A stretch of DNA of 64,000 nucleotides, taken from contig OX597833.1 in the NCBI GenBank assembly GCA_951406725.2, forward strand, positions 50,468,001 through 50,532,000. Direction: 5' to 3'. The notes under the pieces were generated by a model. The model worked only from the letters and a program-made list of their open reading frames with translations, ran no database searches and had not been told where the DNA came from. This document shows positions 26,681-40,016 of this stretch, piece by piece (within the stretch, counting starts at the first letter, position 1; each line of letters begins with the position of its first letter). The DNA is from Octopus vulgaris (lineage: Eukaryota). Both the position numbers and the translations under genes were made by a program.

Positions 26681-27264
26681 ATAGGAGAAGGAAAGATCCG
26701 GAGAAGGGAAGACAGAGGAAAGAAAACGCCAGCGGTACACACGCGGTGACATAATAAAAAAGAGAGATATAATAATTATCTATCGTAACTAATATCTATC
26801 AATATATATCTATATATTAAAGTATATTTATTAATTAATTATTTTATTGTTCTAGTTTATTTTTAACCTGTGAGCGACTATATTTATATCGAAGTGATTT
26901 CTCTACTACAATAATCATTTATTAAATATAGCTACGAAACACGTGTCGTTTTTCTATCTATTACATACGTTTTTATTATTTTTTTTGCTATTTACTTAAT
27001 CTTTGACATTTTATTGTTATTCTAATTTCAATTTTTCTATTATATGTAATTTTCTAGATGGTGTAATTTAATTGCTCATTTTGAATTGATAAGGGGAAAC
27101 AAACAAACACACACTCTTATATACGACGGGCTTCTTTCAGTTTCCGTCTACCAAATCCACTCACAAGGCTTTGGTTGGCTCGAGTCTAAATTAGAAAATA
27201 CACGCTCAAGGGACTGAATCCCGAACCATGTGGCTGGGAGGCAATATATATATATATGTATGTG

Positions 27265-27302
<38 letters not shown>

Positions 27303-27375
27303 GGAGTAAACACATAACTGTGAAACAAGGTGGATAAAAGAGTACTCAAATACCAGGGGTAGAGTTACAACAAGA

Positions 27376-27413
27376 CTGTCCGACGAACGGGAGCGTGAAA
27401 CTCCGAGTAACAG
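27376..27413 (+). ncRNA. Minimal hammerhead-like motif, U4C variant
   Basis: CTGT-CCGACGA-ACG-GGAG-CGT-GAAACTC-C-GAGTA|ACAG; module 27301-27450 sits between (TA)n tracts. Confidence 0.65.
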
Positions 27414-27446
27414 CTTTTGTTGAATTTCTGCTGCTTTCAAATAAAG

Positions 27447-27533
<87 letters not shown>

Positions 27534-28370
27534 GTATATTTATATATATCCTTAAATCCTTAAAAAAGTTTTAGCCGGAAGGCCGCGGCCATGCTGGGGC
27601 ACCACCGTTGGTGTGTATATATGTACAGATGCGGATTTATGAATTTTATGAAAATGAATTGTATGATTAACACGTAACAAATTTTTTGATAGAAACCGGA
27701 TTATTTCTGCGAAAGGCGATCAGCTCTAATTAGACGAGATTAAGTTGTTTATGCGGCGTAGCAAACAAATACTAGACATAATCAATGTATTTGGTCAGAA
27801 GCACTTGTGGAATGTCTAACTACAAACATAATTTTTCGCTGAGATTTTCGAGCGGAGATTTTAGAGAAATACCAGACTGTTTGTGTTTCATTTGACTAGG
27901 CGCAAGGGATTTTATAATTTGATTATGATCATGTATGATTTCCTCTTATACGTTCATGCTTTTGCCTGTTCGTTTATTCTCTTATTTCTGTTTTATATGT
28001 GTATAATAAACATAATTCTGTATGTAATATGCATAATTCTGCGAGCATATGTGTCCGTATATATTCATGGATATACACGCACATACACACACACACACAC
28101 GTGTGTGTTTGTGCTGTGTGTGTGTGTGTGTATGAATACAGAGTACATATGTTCAGATATGCATATATGTGTGTTGAGATACATCTTTGAGAAAGTGTTC
28201 TATAATTCGCAAGCATACTCCTACGCACACATACGTACGCATGAACCCTTTATATATATATGAAGAATACGAAAATGGAGATATTGAAGTTAGTAAGAGC
28301 TTATTATCAGCTAAAATCGATCATTATCTCTTACAGCTACCTCTGTTTGAATTATATATATATATAATTC

Positions 28371-28670
28371 AAACAGTCTGGGTTTCAAGGGCCCACAGCT
28401 TTTTTTGATATTCTCCCAAAGAGTCTGAGGAACTTGCACAAAGTAATTGTAGCGGTTTTTAAATCAAAGCTGGACATCTTCCTGTCGAGAGTCCCAGATG
28501 AACCTACCTCACGGCAAGAGGTGCAAATGAGGGTAGCTATATCAAACTCCATTCTTCACCAAGTGTCACATATTAGAGGAGGCTCTTAGTAATAACAGTG
28601 TAGCACAAAACGGCGGTGCATCAGCATGGCCGCAGCTTTGAGCTGAAACAAGAAAAACGAAAAAACGAAG
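28371..28670 (+). mobile_element. 3' end of a CR1/L2-group LINE (ORF2 C-terminus plus 3' UTR)
   Basis: Translates NSLGFKGPQLF (frameshift) ILPKSLRNLHKVIVAVFKSKLDIFLSRVPDEP; ends GGCGGTGCATCAGCATGGCCGCAG...CTGAAACAAG. Confidence 0.75.
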
Positions 28671-28703
28671 ATATATATATATATATATATATAAACATAC
28701 ACC

Positions 28704-28810
<107 letters not shown>

Positions 28811-28889
28811 TTATATGTATATGTATGTATATATACAAGCATTTGCTTAGTGCTTATCAACTTTGTGTTTCAAACAAAATGCCGCCAGT

Positions 28890-29932
28890 TCCTTTCTTGT
28901 CAAAACGTACGAGTTGGTATAAAAGCATTCCCGGACTAGTTCTGTAGTGCGCCACCAGATAGCAGCACCCGGTTGCATGCTCTGTGAGAACTAGCAATGA
29001 CCTTCATGAGGCAGTGTGCAGGAGGGACATCACTACTTCCTTGATTGTCCGCATTTATGCAGTCTTATCTTTTAGTGGCTTGTACGGTTCAATGCTTTCC
29101 TGTTCTTTGTCATCCACTTGTATATCCCCAGGTATGACAATATCTATGATCTTGGATCCTGTCATCATTTTCTCAACTATAGCCATGTCTAGTTTCCGAG
29201 CATCCATCACTGTATCACACTAGATTGTAAAATCTTACTAGATCTTATACGGATTATGGTTTATGCTCATAGCATTTCAATGTCTTTCCAAGACCGTACT
29301 CCTCACACAATACTCATTGAACATACTCAGTTACGTTATCATGCCTCTGTCTGTATTCTTTTTGAGCCAGTTCGCTATACACACAAACAATATGCCACAC
29401 ATACTACAAAGATGTGATTCATTACTCCTATGTATTTGGAACTCAGTGTAATTAGTTCACAGGACTTGTTCCTGAGCGCTGCATATCAATACCTCAGTGC
29501 ATATTAAGGCGGTGAGCTGGCAGAACCGTTAGCACGTCGGGCGAAATGCGTAGCCGTATTTCGTCTACCGCTACGCTCTAAGTTCATATTTCGCCGAGGT
29601 CGACTTTGCCTTTCATCATTACGAGGTCGATAAATTAAGTACCAGTTACGCACTGGGGTTGATGTAATCGACTTAATCCGTTTGTCTGTCCTTATTTGTC
29701 CCTTCTATGTTTAGCCCCTTGTGGGGAATAAAGAAACAAATACCTCAGTGCATCCTTTGAGATCACATTTCATTAGAATACCTGCAGGTATTCACCTTGT
29801 CTTTCTCTTTCATTTCTCTGAGACATTGCCCATACATACCTTTCATTTTCCAGTTGTTCAGTCTTTGTCCGCTGTCATGTTTCTCAAACGCATTTGGGCA
29901 TCTAACGACACCTGCTCCATATTCCATTTAAG
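28890..29932 (-). pseudogene. Decayed R4/Dong-like non-LTR retrotransposon C-terminus (zinc knuckle plus restriction-like endonuclease), interrupted by a SINE
   Basis: Minus strand reads WKMKGMYGQ...DLKGCTEVLICSAQEQ...LCSMC...HIV...ELAQKEYRQRHDNV...YEHKP...KIIDIVIPGD, with stops and frameshifts. Confidence 0.75.
29503..29738 (+). mobile_element. SINE family B with 15-bp target-site duplication
   Basis: AATACCTCAGTGCAT at 29488-29502 and 29739-29753. Confidence 0.92.
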
Positions 29933-29933
29933 G

Positions 29934-29934
<1 letters not shown>

Positions 29935-29998
<64 letters not shown>

Positions 29999-30015
29999 GC
30001 AACAACAGCAGCAGC

Positions 30016-30047
<32 letters not shown>
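29935..30047. repeat. (CAA)n microsatellite
   Basis: Direct reading; source of the poly-Q and poly-C ORFs. Confidence 0.97.
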
Positions 30048-31291
30048 AACAAAATGTTCTTGGGAAGACCTTGGGTGTTGAAGAAGATCAGCTAGTCGTA
30101 CTTTTTCGGAGAATTTTCGGACCGGAACCGATTAATGATTTCCCAAACTCTTTGACTTGGCAGTGCTACCGGGAAACATTGCCTGTTCGATATAAACTGA
30201 GCATGTTCGAGATACACGCAAGTCGACGAGACGGTCCTGCATGCATTCGTCCAGCTCCCGAGTATTGCTGTCGCGTGTGGTACGGATCCGGCTGTCACCT
30301 GGATTAATTAACGTCACCTCTAATCTGATATTCATCTATCCATCCATATAACGGTTGAACGACTGTCGTGTCTGCAAGAGATGTGGGTATGAGCCCCCCG
30401 GCTGCCTTCGAATTTTTCTATTCAAATGAGATTTTTAACCCAGTATTTTCTTATTATTTATACCTTTATCACATCCAGATCCAATTTCAAAAAAAAAAAA
30501 AATTCTCTGAAGTTCTCTCGAGTATCTATAAATTTTCACGACGCCAACATACATACATACATACATACATACATACATACATACATACATACATACATAC
30601 ATACATACATTATTGCCATGAATACTTCTTCCATGTTCTTTGGGTGCAGAAACTAAATTACAAAAATACATATATAATTATTAATATACAATTAATCACG
30701 TGTTCATATAAAATTCAAATTAGAACCCGATTAATATATATATATATATATATGTATTTATATATTTATATATATAATCACATTAAATATAAAATTTTAT
30801 TTAGGGCCCTATTATTTACGAATATGTATATATAATATGTATGTATTGGCGTCAGTATGTGTGCATGGGTTCTTGTCATTACCTGTGTACGCGTCTCTCA
30901 GTCTGAATGCGCATGCGTCTATGTTGCGTCTTTGTATATTTGTTTAATTCTCACCACTTTCAAAGTTATTCAATAGGATTGCTGTCTGCACGTGTATTTA
31001 ATGACTTGGAGAAGGCAGACAACTACAGAATCCAAACTAATTAAAAATTGGACAGGAGCATGCAGTGCAAATGTAAATTTGATCATTGGTAAGTATAGTG
31101 AGAATTGTAGTTATTTCTCTACTAAAATTTCAAAGAGAATTCTCCCAAAGCTGTTGTGTAATTCTTGTTCTTTCACCGAAAATTGTTGTAATATTATCCT
31201 GCTTGCTCTTGCATCTGGGTGATTTACATCAAGGGAGGTAATAACTCAAATGGAGAATGATATACGCGCACGCACACACATACAAACACAC

Positions 31292-31391
<100 letters not shown>

Positions 31392-31544
31392 GGTTGTGAG
31401 AGGTAGTGGTGTCAATGAGACCCAAAGGTGTCAGCTAATGCTGAATAAGGGATATAGATAGACCGTAGCTAAGTTCCAGGTTCGGTGATTATATGAATAA
31501 GGGCTTCAACGTTGGTCATATGTCAGCGTGTGTATATAAGATAT

Positions 31545-31943
31545 TTTTTCGTAATGAGACAAAAAAAAAAGGCTGTGTAGATTTTTAGAACATTTATAGA
31601 TATAAGTTCTTACAGCTGTTTCCAGGATATTTATCATATCCCTTCATCGGAGACGGTGTGAGAGGATGGTTAAGAAATAATTAATTTAGATAAGATATAA
31701 AATAGAGAGTGAGGTGGAGGAAATAGAAGAAAATCGATGTGAGATATGTAGGGATATTGCATTCGTAGATCCATTTTTTTAGGCAGAATGGTATACATAT
31801 AATATTCTAATACCTTATGAGTAAAATCCAATAGAATTTAAAATTGGTAATTCCAAGTATATTGGAAACAGCTGTAAGACCTTCTATCTATAAATGTTCT
31901 ACAATATACACAGCCTTGGTGTTTTTTATCTCATTACGAAAAA
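31545..31943. mobile_element. pLTR-like module with ~80-bp inverted ends and a hammerhead-like motif (31608-31654, minus)
   Basis: TTTTCGTAATGAGA...CTTACAGCTGTTTCCA versus TGGAAACAGCTGTAAG...TCTCATTACGAAAA; minus strand TCT-CCGATGA-AGGGATAT..ATATCCTG-GAAACAGCTGTA|AGA. Confidence 0.65.
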
Positions 31944-31969
31944 CAATTTATATATATATATATATATTT

Positions 31970-33263
31970 ATATATAATTTTTTTTTTTTTTTACTGTTTA
32001 TATGTTTGTACTGTCGTTACCGTCTTGCTTTTTTTACCATTTTTTACCCCTCTGCGAAAAGATCTCAGAATTTTAATTGATTTGCTTTTCGCAGGAAGGA
32101 AGTTTCTTCGAAGTATACGTCTCGCTTTTATCCTTCGAAACGTAGAGTAGATGAAACCTTAGCGACTGAAGAAGGGGATTTTTCGTTGTGCTTATTGTCC
32201 TGTATCTCTTTTTTTCTTTTTTGCTTGTCCTGTTCCTTGGTTTGTGTCTATGTTTTTCGTCTCTCTATGTGTTCGACGTCTTTTTGGTGTCCTGTACACA
32301 TATATGCGTGTATATGTACATGTAGAGGTAGGTACGTACATATATGTTTATATATATGCATATGTTCTATTTTATTAACATATTATACGACTAAACGCAC
32401 GCACCCTATTAAGTAAGATTGTTCTGTTTATCAAGTTAGCCTTGATATTAACTCTCACGCGACTCTGCATCTTTCTTTCTTTCTCTCCCATTCCCTTTTT
32501 CGTCCTTTTTCCCTCACTTAACTTGTCTCTTCCTCTCTCTCTCATTCTTCATTCTCTCTCTCCCCCTCACCATTCTTCATGGTCTCCTCGCACCATTCCC
32601 CTTCTTCTCTCTCTTCCTCTTTCTCCTCCTCCCCCATTCCCGTCGTCCATCTGCGACGATACTTCCATCGTAACTGCTATCCTGTCTTTTCTCGCCCGCC
32701 TTCTAAGGCCACTGGTCGACATTCTTTCTCTCTCGTCGTCCACTATAATCCAGCGTTTGCATTACTTTTTTCGTCTGGCGTAAACAGCCCTTCTTATCTT
32801 GTTCTCCTTGTCCTGTCTCTCACTGTTATATATTTATTTTTCAACTGTTTATATATAATTTTTTTTTTTTTTTTACTGTTTATATGTTTGTACTGTCGTT
32901 ACCGTCTTGCTTTTTTTACCATTTTTTACCCCTCTGCGAAAAGATCTCAGAATTTTAATTGATTTGCTTTTCGCAGGAAGGAAGTTTCTTCGAAGTATAC
33001 GTCTCGCTTTTATCCTTCGAAACGTAGAGTAGATGAAACCTTAGCGACTGAAGAAGGGGATTTTTCGTTGTGCTTATTGTCCTGTATCTCTTTTTTTCTT
33101 TTTTGCTTGTCCTGTTCCTTGGTTTGTGTCTATGTTTTTCGTCTCTCTATGTGTTCGACGTCTTTTTGGTGTCCTGTACACATATATGCGTGTATATGTA
33201 CATGTAGAGGTAGGTACGTACATATATGTTTATATATATGCATATGTTCTATTTTATTAACAT
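31970..33263. mobile_element. Element with ~410-bp near-identical direct terminal repeats (offset 882 bp)
   Basis: 31970-32381 is essentially identical to 32852-33263; ORFs at 32186 and 33068 start identically. Confidence 0.85.
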
Positions 33264-33282
33264 ATATATATATATATATATA

Positions 33283-33620
33283 TGATGATGACCCCCTTCG
33301 GTCAGACACTGACCATGGGTTTGCACCTAGAGAGTTACCCTCTGAGGCACAAGTCTGGGCAAGGTTGTTTTTTTTTATGGAAACCAGAAGTCGCCCTTGC
33401 ATACCGGCCTCCCCTCTCCACGTCACCGATGTTGTCCAAGGGAAAGGCAAGGGCCGATACAGCTTGGCACCTGTGACGTCGCAACTCATTTCTACAGTTG
33501 AGTGAACTGGAGCAACGTGAAATAAAGTGTCTTGCTCAAGAACACAACACGCAGCCCGGTCCGGGATTCGAGTTCACAACCTCCTGATCGTAAGCTCGAC
33601 GCTCTAACCACTGAGCCATT
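33283..33620 (-). mobile_element. tRNA-derived SINE family C
   Basis: Minus strand GGCTCAGTGGTTAGAGC...ACTCGAATCCC...TGTGTTCTTGAGCAAGACAC; (CAT)n tail. Confidence 0.85.
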
Positions 33621-35381
33621 CTTATAATTATAAGTATAATTATAGTTAGGGTTCAGCAAAAAAATTGCTTCACCACATTCCGAAATTTAGAAAGAGCAGC
33701 CAAAACTAACAACTTCTCTCTCAAACAACAATACTCAACAACCCATGCAGGTAACGAGAAAAAGTAACGAATTCATTCGGTTTTTAATTTCCGAAGATTT
33801 GAAAGTGTAGGTTTTATGCTAAGAGATATATTTAACCTTTTACCAGCAGAAAAACAGATTGTTTTTTTTTTCAAATAAATTTCTTTGAATATATATCAGC
33901 CAGTTAAGAATTGTAGATGAGAGTAAAATTTAACTTCCCACGTATACAATTTTCTTTCAATTATTTAAGATTTCTGATACAAAAGGCACCCATATACTCA
34001 CACAAAAGAAAATTGTCTCGAAGTCTCATATCTCTCTCTCTATAATAAAATCAATACCTTCTATTAAGTGTTTATAAACTGGCAACAATAATGAAATTTT
34101 AAAAAATCTTTCAAAGTTTTAATTTCAAATAAAAATATCTGAAAGCTAGATCGAGGAGAATACACACACATATACACACACACAGACATACACACGCACG
34201 CATACACACATTCATACATACATATATGTATATATTCAATCGAATAGTATTACACATATGATAAATTAAATAAAGACTTCCCAACAATTTTCTTTCAATT
34301 TATTTCAATTTACTCCTGACTCTATTCTGAATGCAAATATATCATAACTCTGTAATGTTCAATAATTCGAGTATACTCTTCTAATTTAAGAAAAACAAAA
34401 TAAATGTGTAAAATGCTATATCTATTTTAGCGCCTCATTATTTGAAGTCTAAATGTCAATAACAATAATGGTAGCAGGTAACAATATTATTTAAATTATT
34501 TATAAACTATTGATACCAGAACCAAGAACAGTCTTTTGATTTAGACTACTTAATGGACAATTGTGGAATGTTTATTCTAAAATAGAATGTTTAAAAAAAA
34601 AGAAATATATTTTCTCTGTTTTCGAATTAAGCCAATTTAATATTTTCTTTTCAAATTCAGATTTTTCTTCAAAAATTACAGTTGACATCAAAAGTATGTA
34701 GGAAACAACGGCGAACAGATTTTCCTCTTGTGTAGGCGAAATTTATCCCTGTTTGGGAGCCTCTCAACTGGATATTTGAAAATAGAAAAAAATATCCTAC
34801 CTGCTACAGCTTAGATTCCTATCATAGCTAGAATTGCCTTCACCATAAGGATTAGTTTGTAACCCAACGAAAAAGCTTTTATTCTAGCATTCAACAAACT
34901 ATTACTTGTAGGACGCATTTTATGATAGAAGATAGATAATTATTCGATTTAAAATGGAGCACACTTAATAATGTTTGGTACTCTCAATTGTGGTCAACTT
35001 GCGCCGCAGGGTCTCGGAGGAGCTAGTGCTAGTTAAAGGCTACCAAACCTGCCATACACAGACAACTTCAGCTTTATATATAGAGAGATTTAAAAGTAAA
35101 AAGTTAGCCTGTCTCAGTTTGTGTCACGATACAGAAGTTGAGAATCGCTACTCTACGCATTAACTATCATGCAAAAGACTACAAAAAAAAAAAAAACAAA
35201 AAGAACTGAATCAATTCACATTCCACAGTTTGAAAAAAAGTCATGTATTAGATACCGTAGACATAGAGACATTAATTCCAAATAAAAGTTTGAAACATCA
35301 TGACTGACACATTTTTGATAATGTATCTGCCGTATAAAAGATAAAGCGAGGCTGGGCGACAAAGACCATGTTACTGCCACG

Positions 35382-35447
<66 letters not shown>

Positions 35448-36890
35448 CATATATTTGTGTTTGTGTGTGTGTGTGCGCGTGCTTATATATATGTATGTGT
35501 GTATATATATGCATACATACATATATATATGTGTGTGTTTGTGTGTGTGTGCGTGTATAAATATATATATATTATTTCTATTTCATCTAGTTTCAGCTCA
35601 CGAGCCGTGGCCATGCTGGGGCACCGCCGTACAGTTTTCTCTGTGGCATTTGTGTGGAACGTATGTCCACCCATCTGCACACACACACACCTACACACAC
35701 AATTACACCCCTGCCCAAATGATGTCCCTCGCACTTACACCTAAATGTATGTCTATATATAATCATATGTACTTGTATGTGTGTATCTCTATGTATACGT
35801 CTCTGTATTTCTATATGAGTGTCTGTATGTGTTTGCGCATGCTCACGTGTAAAACATTAGTGTTTTTGAAACGAATAAGGAAGAAGTACTCAATACATTT
35901 TGAGTATTTTGCTCCCGAACACGCACAACAGACATACAAACACAAACACTCAAACACATACACACATAGACAAATACACACACACACAAGTCCAAACACA
36001 TATACATACATGCGAACACACATAGATTTATTAGAAATCGTTGAAATATGAGTATGTATAGGCCTAGATAAAAAAGAAGTCAGACACATTACAATACTCC
36101 CTAAAACACAGAAAAGCCTAAACCCGGAAACGAACCTGCTCTCTAGTGATTCGTAGCTATTAAAGAGAATCACATCGTGATTTAGACCGGAATTCTATGT
36201 CGTTTAGGTCAATTTTGTTGGGTCATTCAGTGCAGCATTCCTGTCATTTTCTTCCTTATTTCCTCCAGATGGCGCCACCTGGTGTCATGGCTGTCTGCAT
36301 TTTCTCGTAATGTCTTGTATTGGAAATAGAAAGAACTTTTTTGTTTATGATTTAGCCGATGGCGGAGTGGGAGGAGAATGAATGAGAAGGATGGAGGAAA
36401 GAAGGAAGGAAGGGAGGTAGATGAGGAGTAGGAGTGAATAGAGGAAGTGAGGAATAAACGGTGAGAGAAAGGAAGAGAAAATGCTGTGAGGGAAAGGAGT
36501 AGGGTGAGGTGAAATACGGAAAAAAGAGAAAGCAAAGTAACTGAAGTGACTGACAGTTTAAATAAGTAGGAATGCATAAAGTAAAAACTAAGGCGATGCA
36601 TAAAGTTAACGTGCTATACTTTCCAACATAAATATCTATAAAGTATACATAGTAACGCACACACATATATAATATATACACGCATGCATACATGTACACA
36701 GTCAGACACAATGTGTATATATAGCCATTTGCATATTTATATGTATCATTGTGAGCATATATGCATGTATGTGCGTATGGATCTGTGCATGAATAGAGAG
36801 CAGTTCAAGTATCTCTCTAACATATATGTGTGTGCACGCGCATGCATTTGCATGCATTTGAACGTATGTATGTACATATGTGTTTGTGTG

Positions 36891-36932
<42 letters not shown>

Positions 36933-37011
36933 TGTATATTTAGGGATAACCACTAGGTGGATAACCAATATGCTAGAAGATCACATACGATATATATATA
37001 TATATATATAA

Positions 37012-37368
37012 TATAAAATCCATTCTGTCTGTCTGTGTGTGCGTTCTAGGATCTCGGGCATCCTCCATTCGATTGCGCTCAAACTTGATATGTAGATACC
37101 AACGGTATTAGGGCGTGTATAAGTCTTGAAAAAAATTACAAAAATCGATTCCAGGTGAGAATGCGATCGATAAAGCTGTGGGAAAGTGCATTTGTAAAAT
37201 CGTCTTTCTTGGAATAGAAGAAAGTCTATCTTTATTTCTTCTTTTGGTGGTGTCTCAAATTTAGGTTAAATCAATGTTTCTCAAGTTTCTCAAGTTGTTT
37301 TGAGAAAATTTGGTTTAAATGTTTGACAACTCAGCAGCGTCCATTGGAGGGGGGGCGTTTTGCTCGTA
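37012..37368 (+). mobile_element. Helentron/Helitron-like non-autonomous element (copy 1)
   Basis: TATAAAATCC..(CTGT)n...CGATTGCGCTCAAACTTGATATG; reverse-complement copy at 47931-48320. Confidence 0.65.
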
Positions 37369-37836
37369 TATATATATATATATATATATATAAATATATA
37401 TGCTCATACATACGCATAATTGTACATGCGCGCATACACACGCAAACAAATATTGTATGAATAATTCATACACACACACATACACACACACAGACACACA
37501 CATACATACATATTAATCTCAAAGCATGTTTATATACATCAAATGTAAGAATGTATGTATGTTTGTATATTTACATGCAAGTGCGTACGTCTATGCGTGC
37601 GTGTGTGTATAAGCATGCGCGCATGCGTATACCCATACATAGATACATCTATATGAAAAAGGAGAAGAAAATTACGGATTTTTACCCAAGAAGTTGAATA
37701 ACCTCAAAGCAAAAAAGACAAATGCCGACACAGCTACATGTCACATTTTAGCAAATTATTTAAACTTATTCATAACATATATTATAATTTGCCTTTCGCC
37801 ACTTCTCCATATCTTCTGAATTTCTGTGTACATATA

Positions 37837-38340
<504 letters not shown>

Positions 38341-38432
38341 GTTCTCGTAAAAAACGTCTTCCTCCCACCCCCGCCAAGATTAAGCTAAAGCTGGTTTCAT
38401 GTATCTTTACTACTACAACTATCACTACTACA

Positions 38433-38504
<72 letters not shown>

Positions 38505-38775
38505 GGGAGACCCCCTTCGGTCATGAATGACCATGGGATTACACCTAGAATGTTACCCTCCCAGACAAAAGTCCGGGCAAGGTTGTTTATGGAAGTCGCC
38601 CATTCATACCAGCCTTCCCTCTCCACACCACTGATGTTATCTAAGGTAAAAGCAAAGGCCAATACAGCTTGGCACCTGTGTCTTGCTCAAGAACACAACA
38701 CCCAGCCCCGGTCCAGGAATCGAAGTCACAACCTCACGATCGTAAGCTCGACGCTCAAACCAGTGAGTCATGCAT
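38505..38775 (-). mobile_element. SINE family C, internally deleted, within (CTA)n
   Basis: Colinear with 33283-33620. Confidence 0.8.
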
Positions 38776-38843
38776 CTTCACGCGACTACTACTTCTACTA
38801 CTACTACTACAACTACTACTACTACTGCTGCTGCTGCTGCTAA

Positions 38844-38908
<65 letters not shown>

Positions 38909-39778
38909 ATGCAGCATAGATAAAACATATTTTGACGGAGTAATCTCAAATCGATCTCAGATTTCAAGGAACTCGAGTAAAGCGCGTGTACGTGTATGTG
39001 TGTGCGTGTACGTACGTGTATGTGTGTGTGTATGTGTACGTGTGTGTGTGTGTGTGTTAGTTAGTGTGTGTGTCTGTAAAGGTAATGTGATTTGAAATCA
39101 GAGTACTAGAATAACTACCACGTTGTATTACATCCCATACTCGAACACATCGCTTTATTCGCCGCCTTTAAAACGAAATAGGATGTGCACAGCACAACAT
39201 TCTAATTTGATCCCCCTCTATAAATATCTCAACAAAAACATAGTAAGTGGCAATTTGTAAGTTGTAAGCAGCAATTTGTAAGTAGTAAGTGGCACTATTA
39301 CTTTAAATAACAGCAACAACATTTTATTGAAGTTATTTTATTTTCAACTTGAATGCATTCATTCATCAATGACATTTTTATCCGTTTGTAAGTATATATT
39401 AGATTTTAATACGTATGATGTAAATCTATTTCACGTCCATTCAAGAACGATGTTAAAATGATTATAATTGCCTACTTATCTATGTTTATCACCTATGTAG
39501 AAAGATTTAAATGCATCTAAAACACAACAGTAACAGTTGTATGAAAATACAGATAAAAGCTAAGTAAAATAACATATCGCAATAAATATACTTGATTAGA
39601 AATATATATAAGCAAAGCAGATATTCTTCTGTTCTTAAGTAATTTGAGTGGTTCGTTATGAGAAACTACAATTATGATGTATGATAAATAACCAAAAGAT
39701 TGCAACACCTTATTAATCTCTTATCATGTAAGATATACTACAACAGAGAAGCATCGGGCCATATGATGAAGAGTTCGT

Positions 39779-39875
39779 TGTGCAGCTATAGGTATTCAGG
39801 TTCGATTTTACTACGTGGAATCTTTTGTTGTGCAGTTATAGGTATTTAGGTTCGATTTTACTACGTGGAATCTTT
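39779..39875. repeat. ~50-bp tandem duplication
   Basis: TGTGCAG.TATAGGTATT.AGGTTCGATTTTACTACGTGGAATCTTT occurs twice. Confidence 0.9.
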
Positions 39876-40016
39876 AATAGGTTTCTTCGAGTTTGAAAGT
39901 ATAATGGAAATATAAATGTGAAAAACGTGCTCAGTTCGACGAAAAAAAAAAAAGACAATGTTAAAAAATAAAGTATACGAAAACTTAACAGTATAGCAGT
40001 TGTTATTTGTTCCTTC

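Noticed and set aside
29721-30095. Poly-Q ORF
   Set aside because: A (CAA)n tract plus antisense LINE remnant; no coding evidence.
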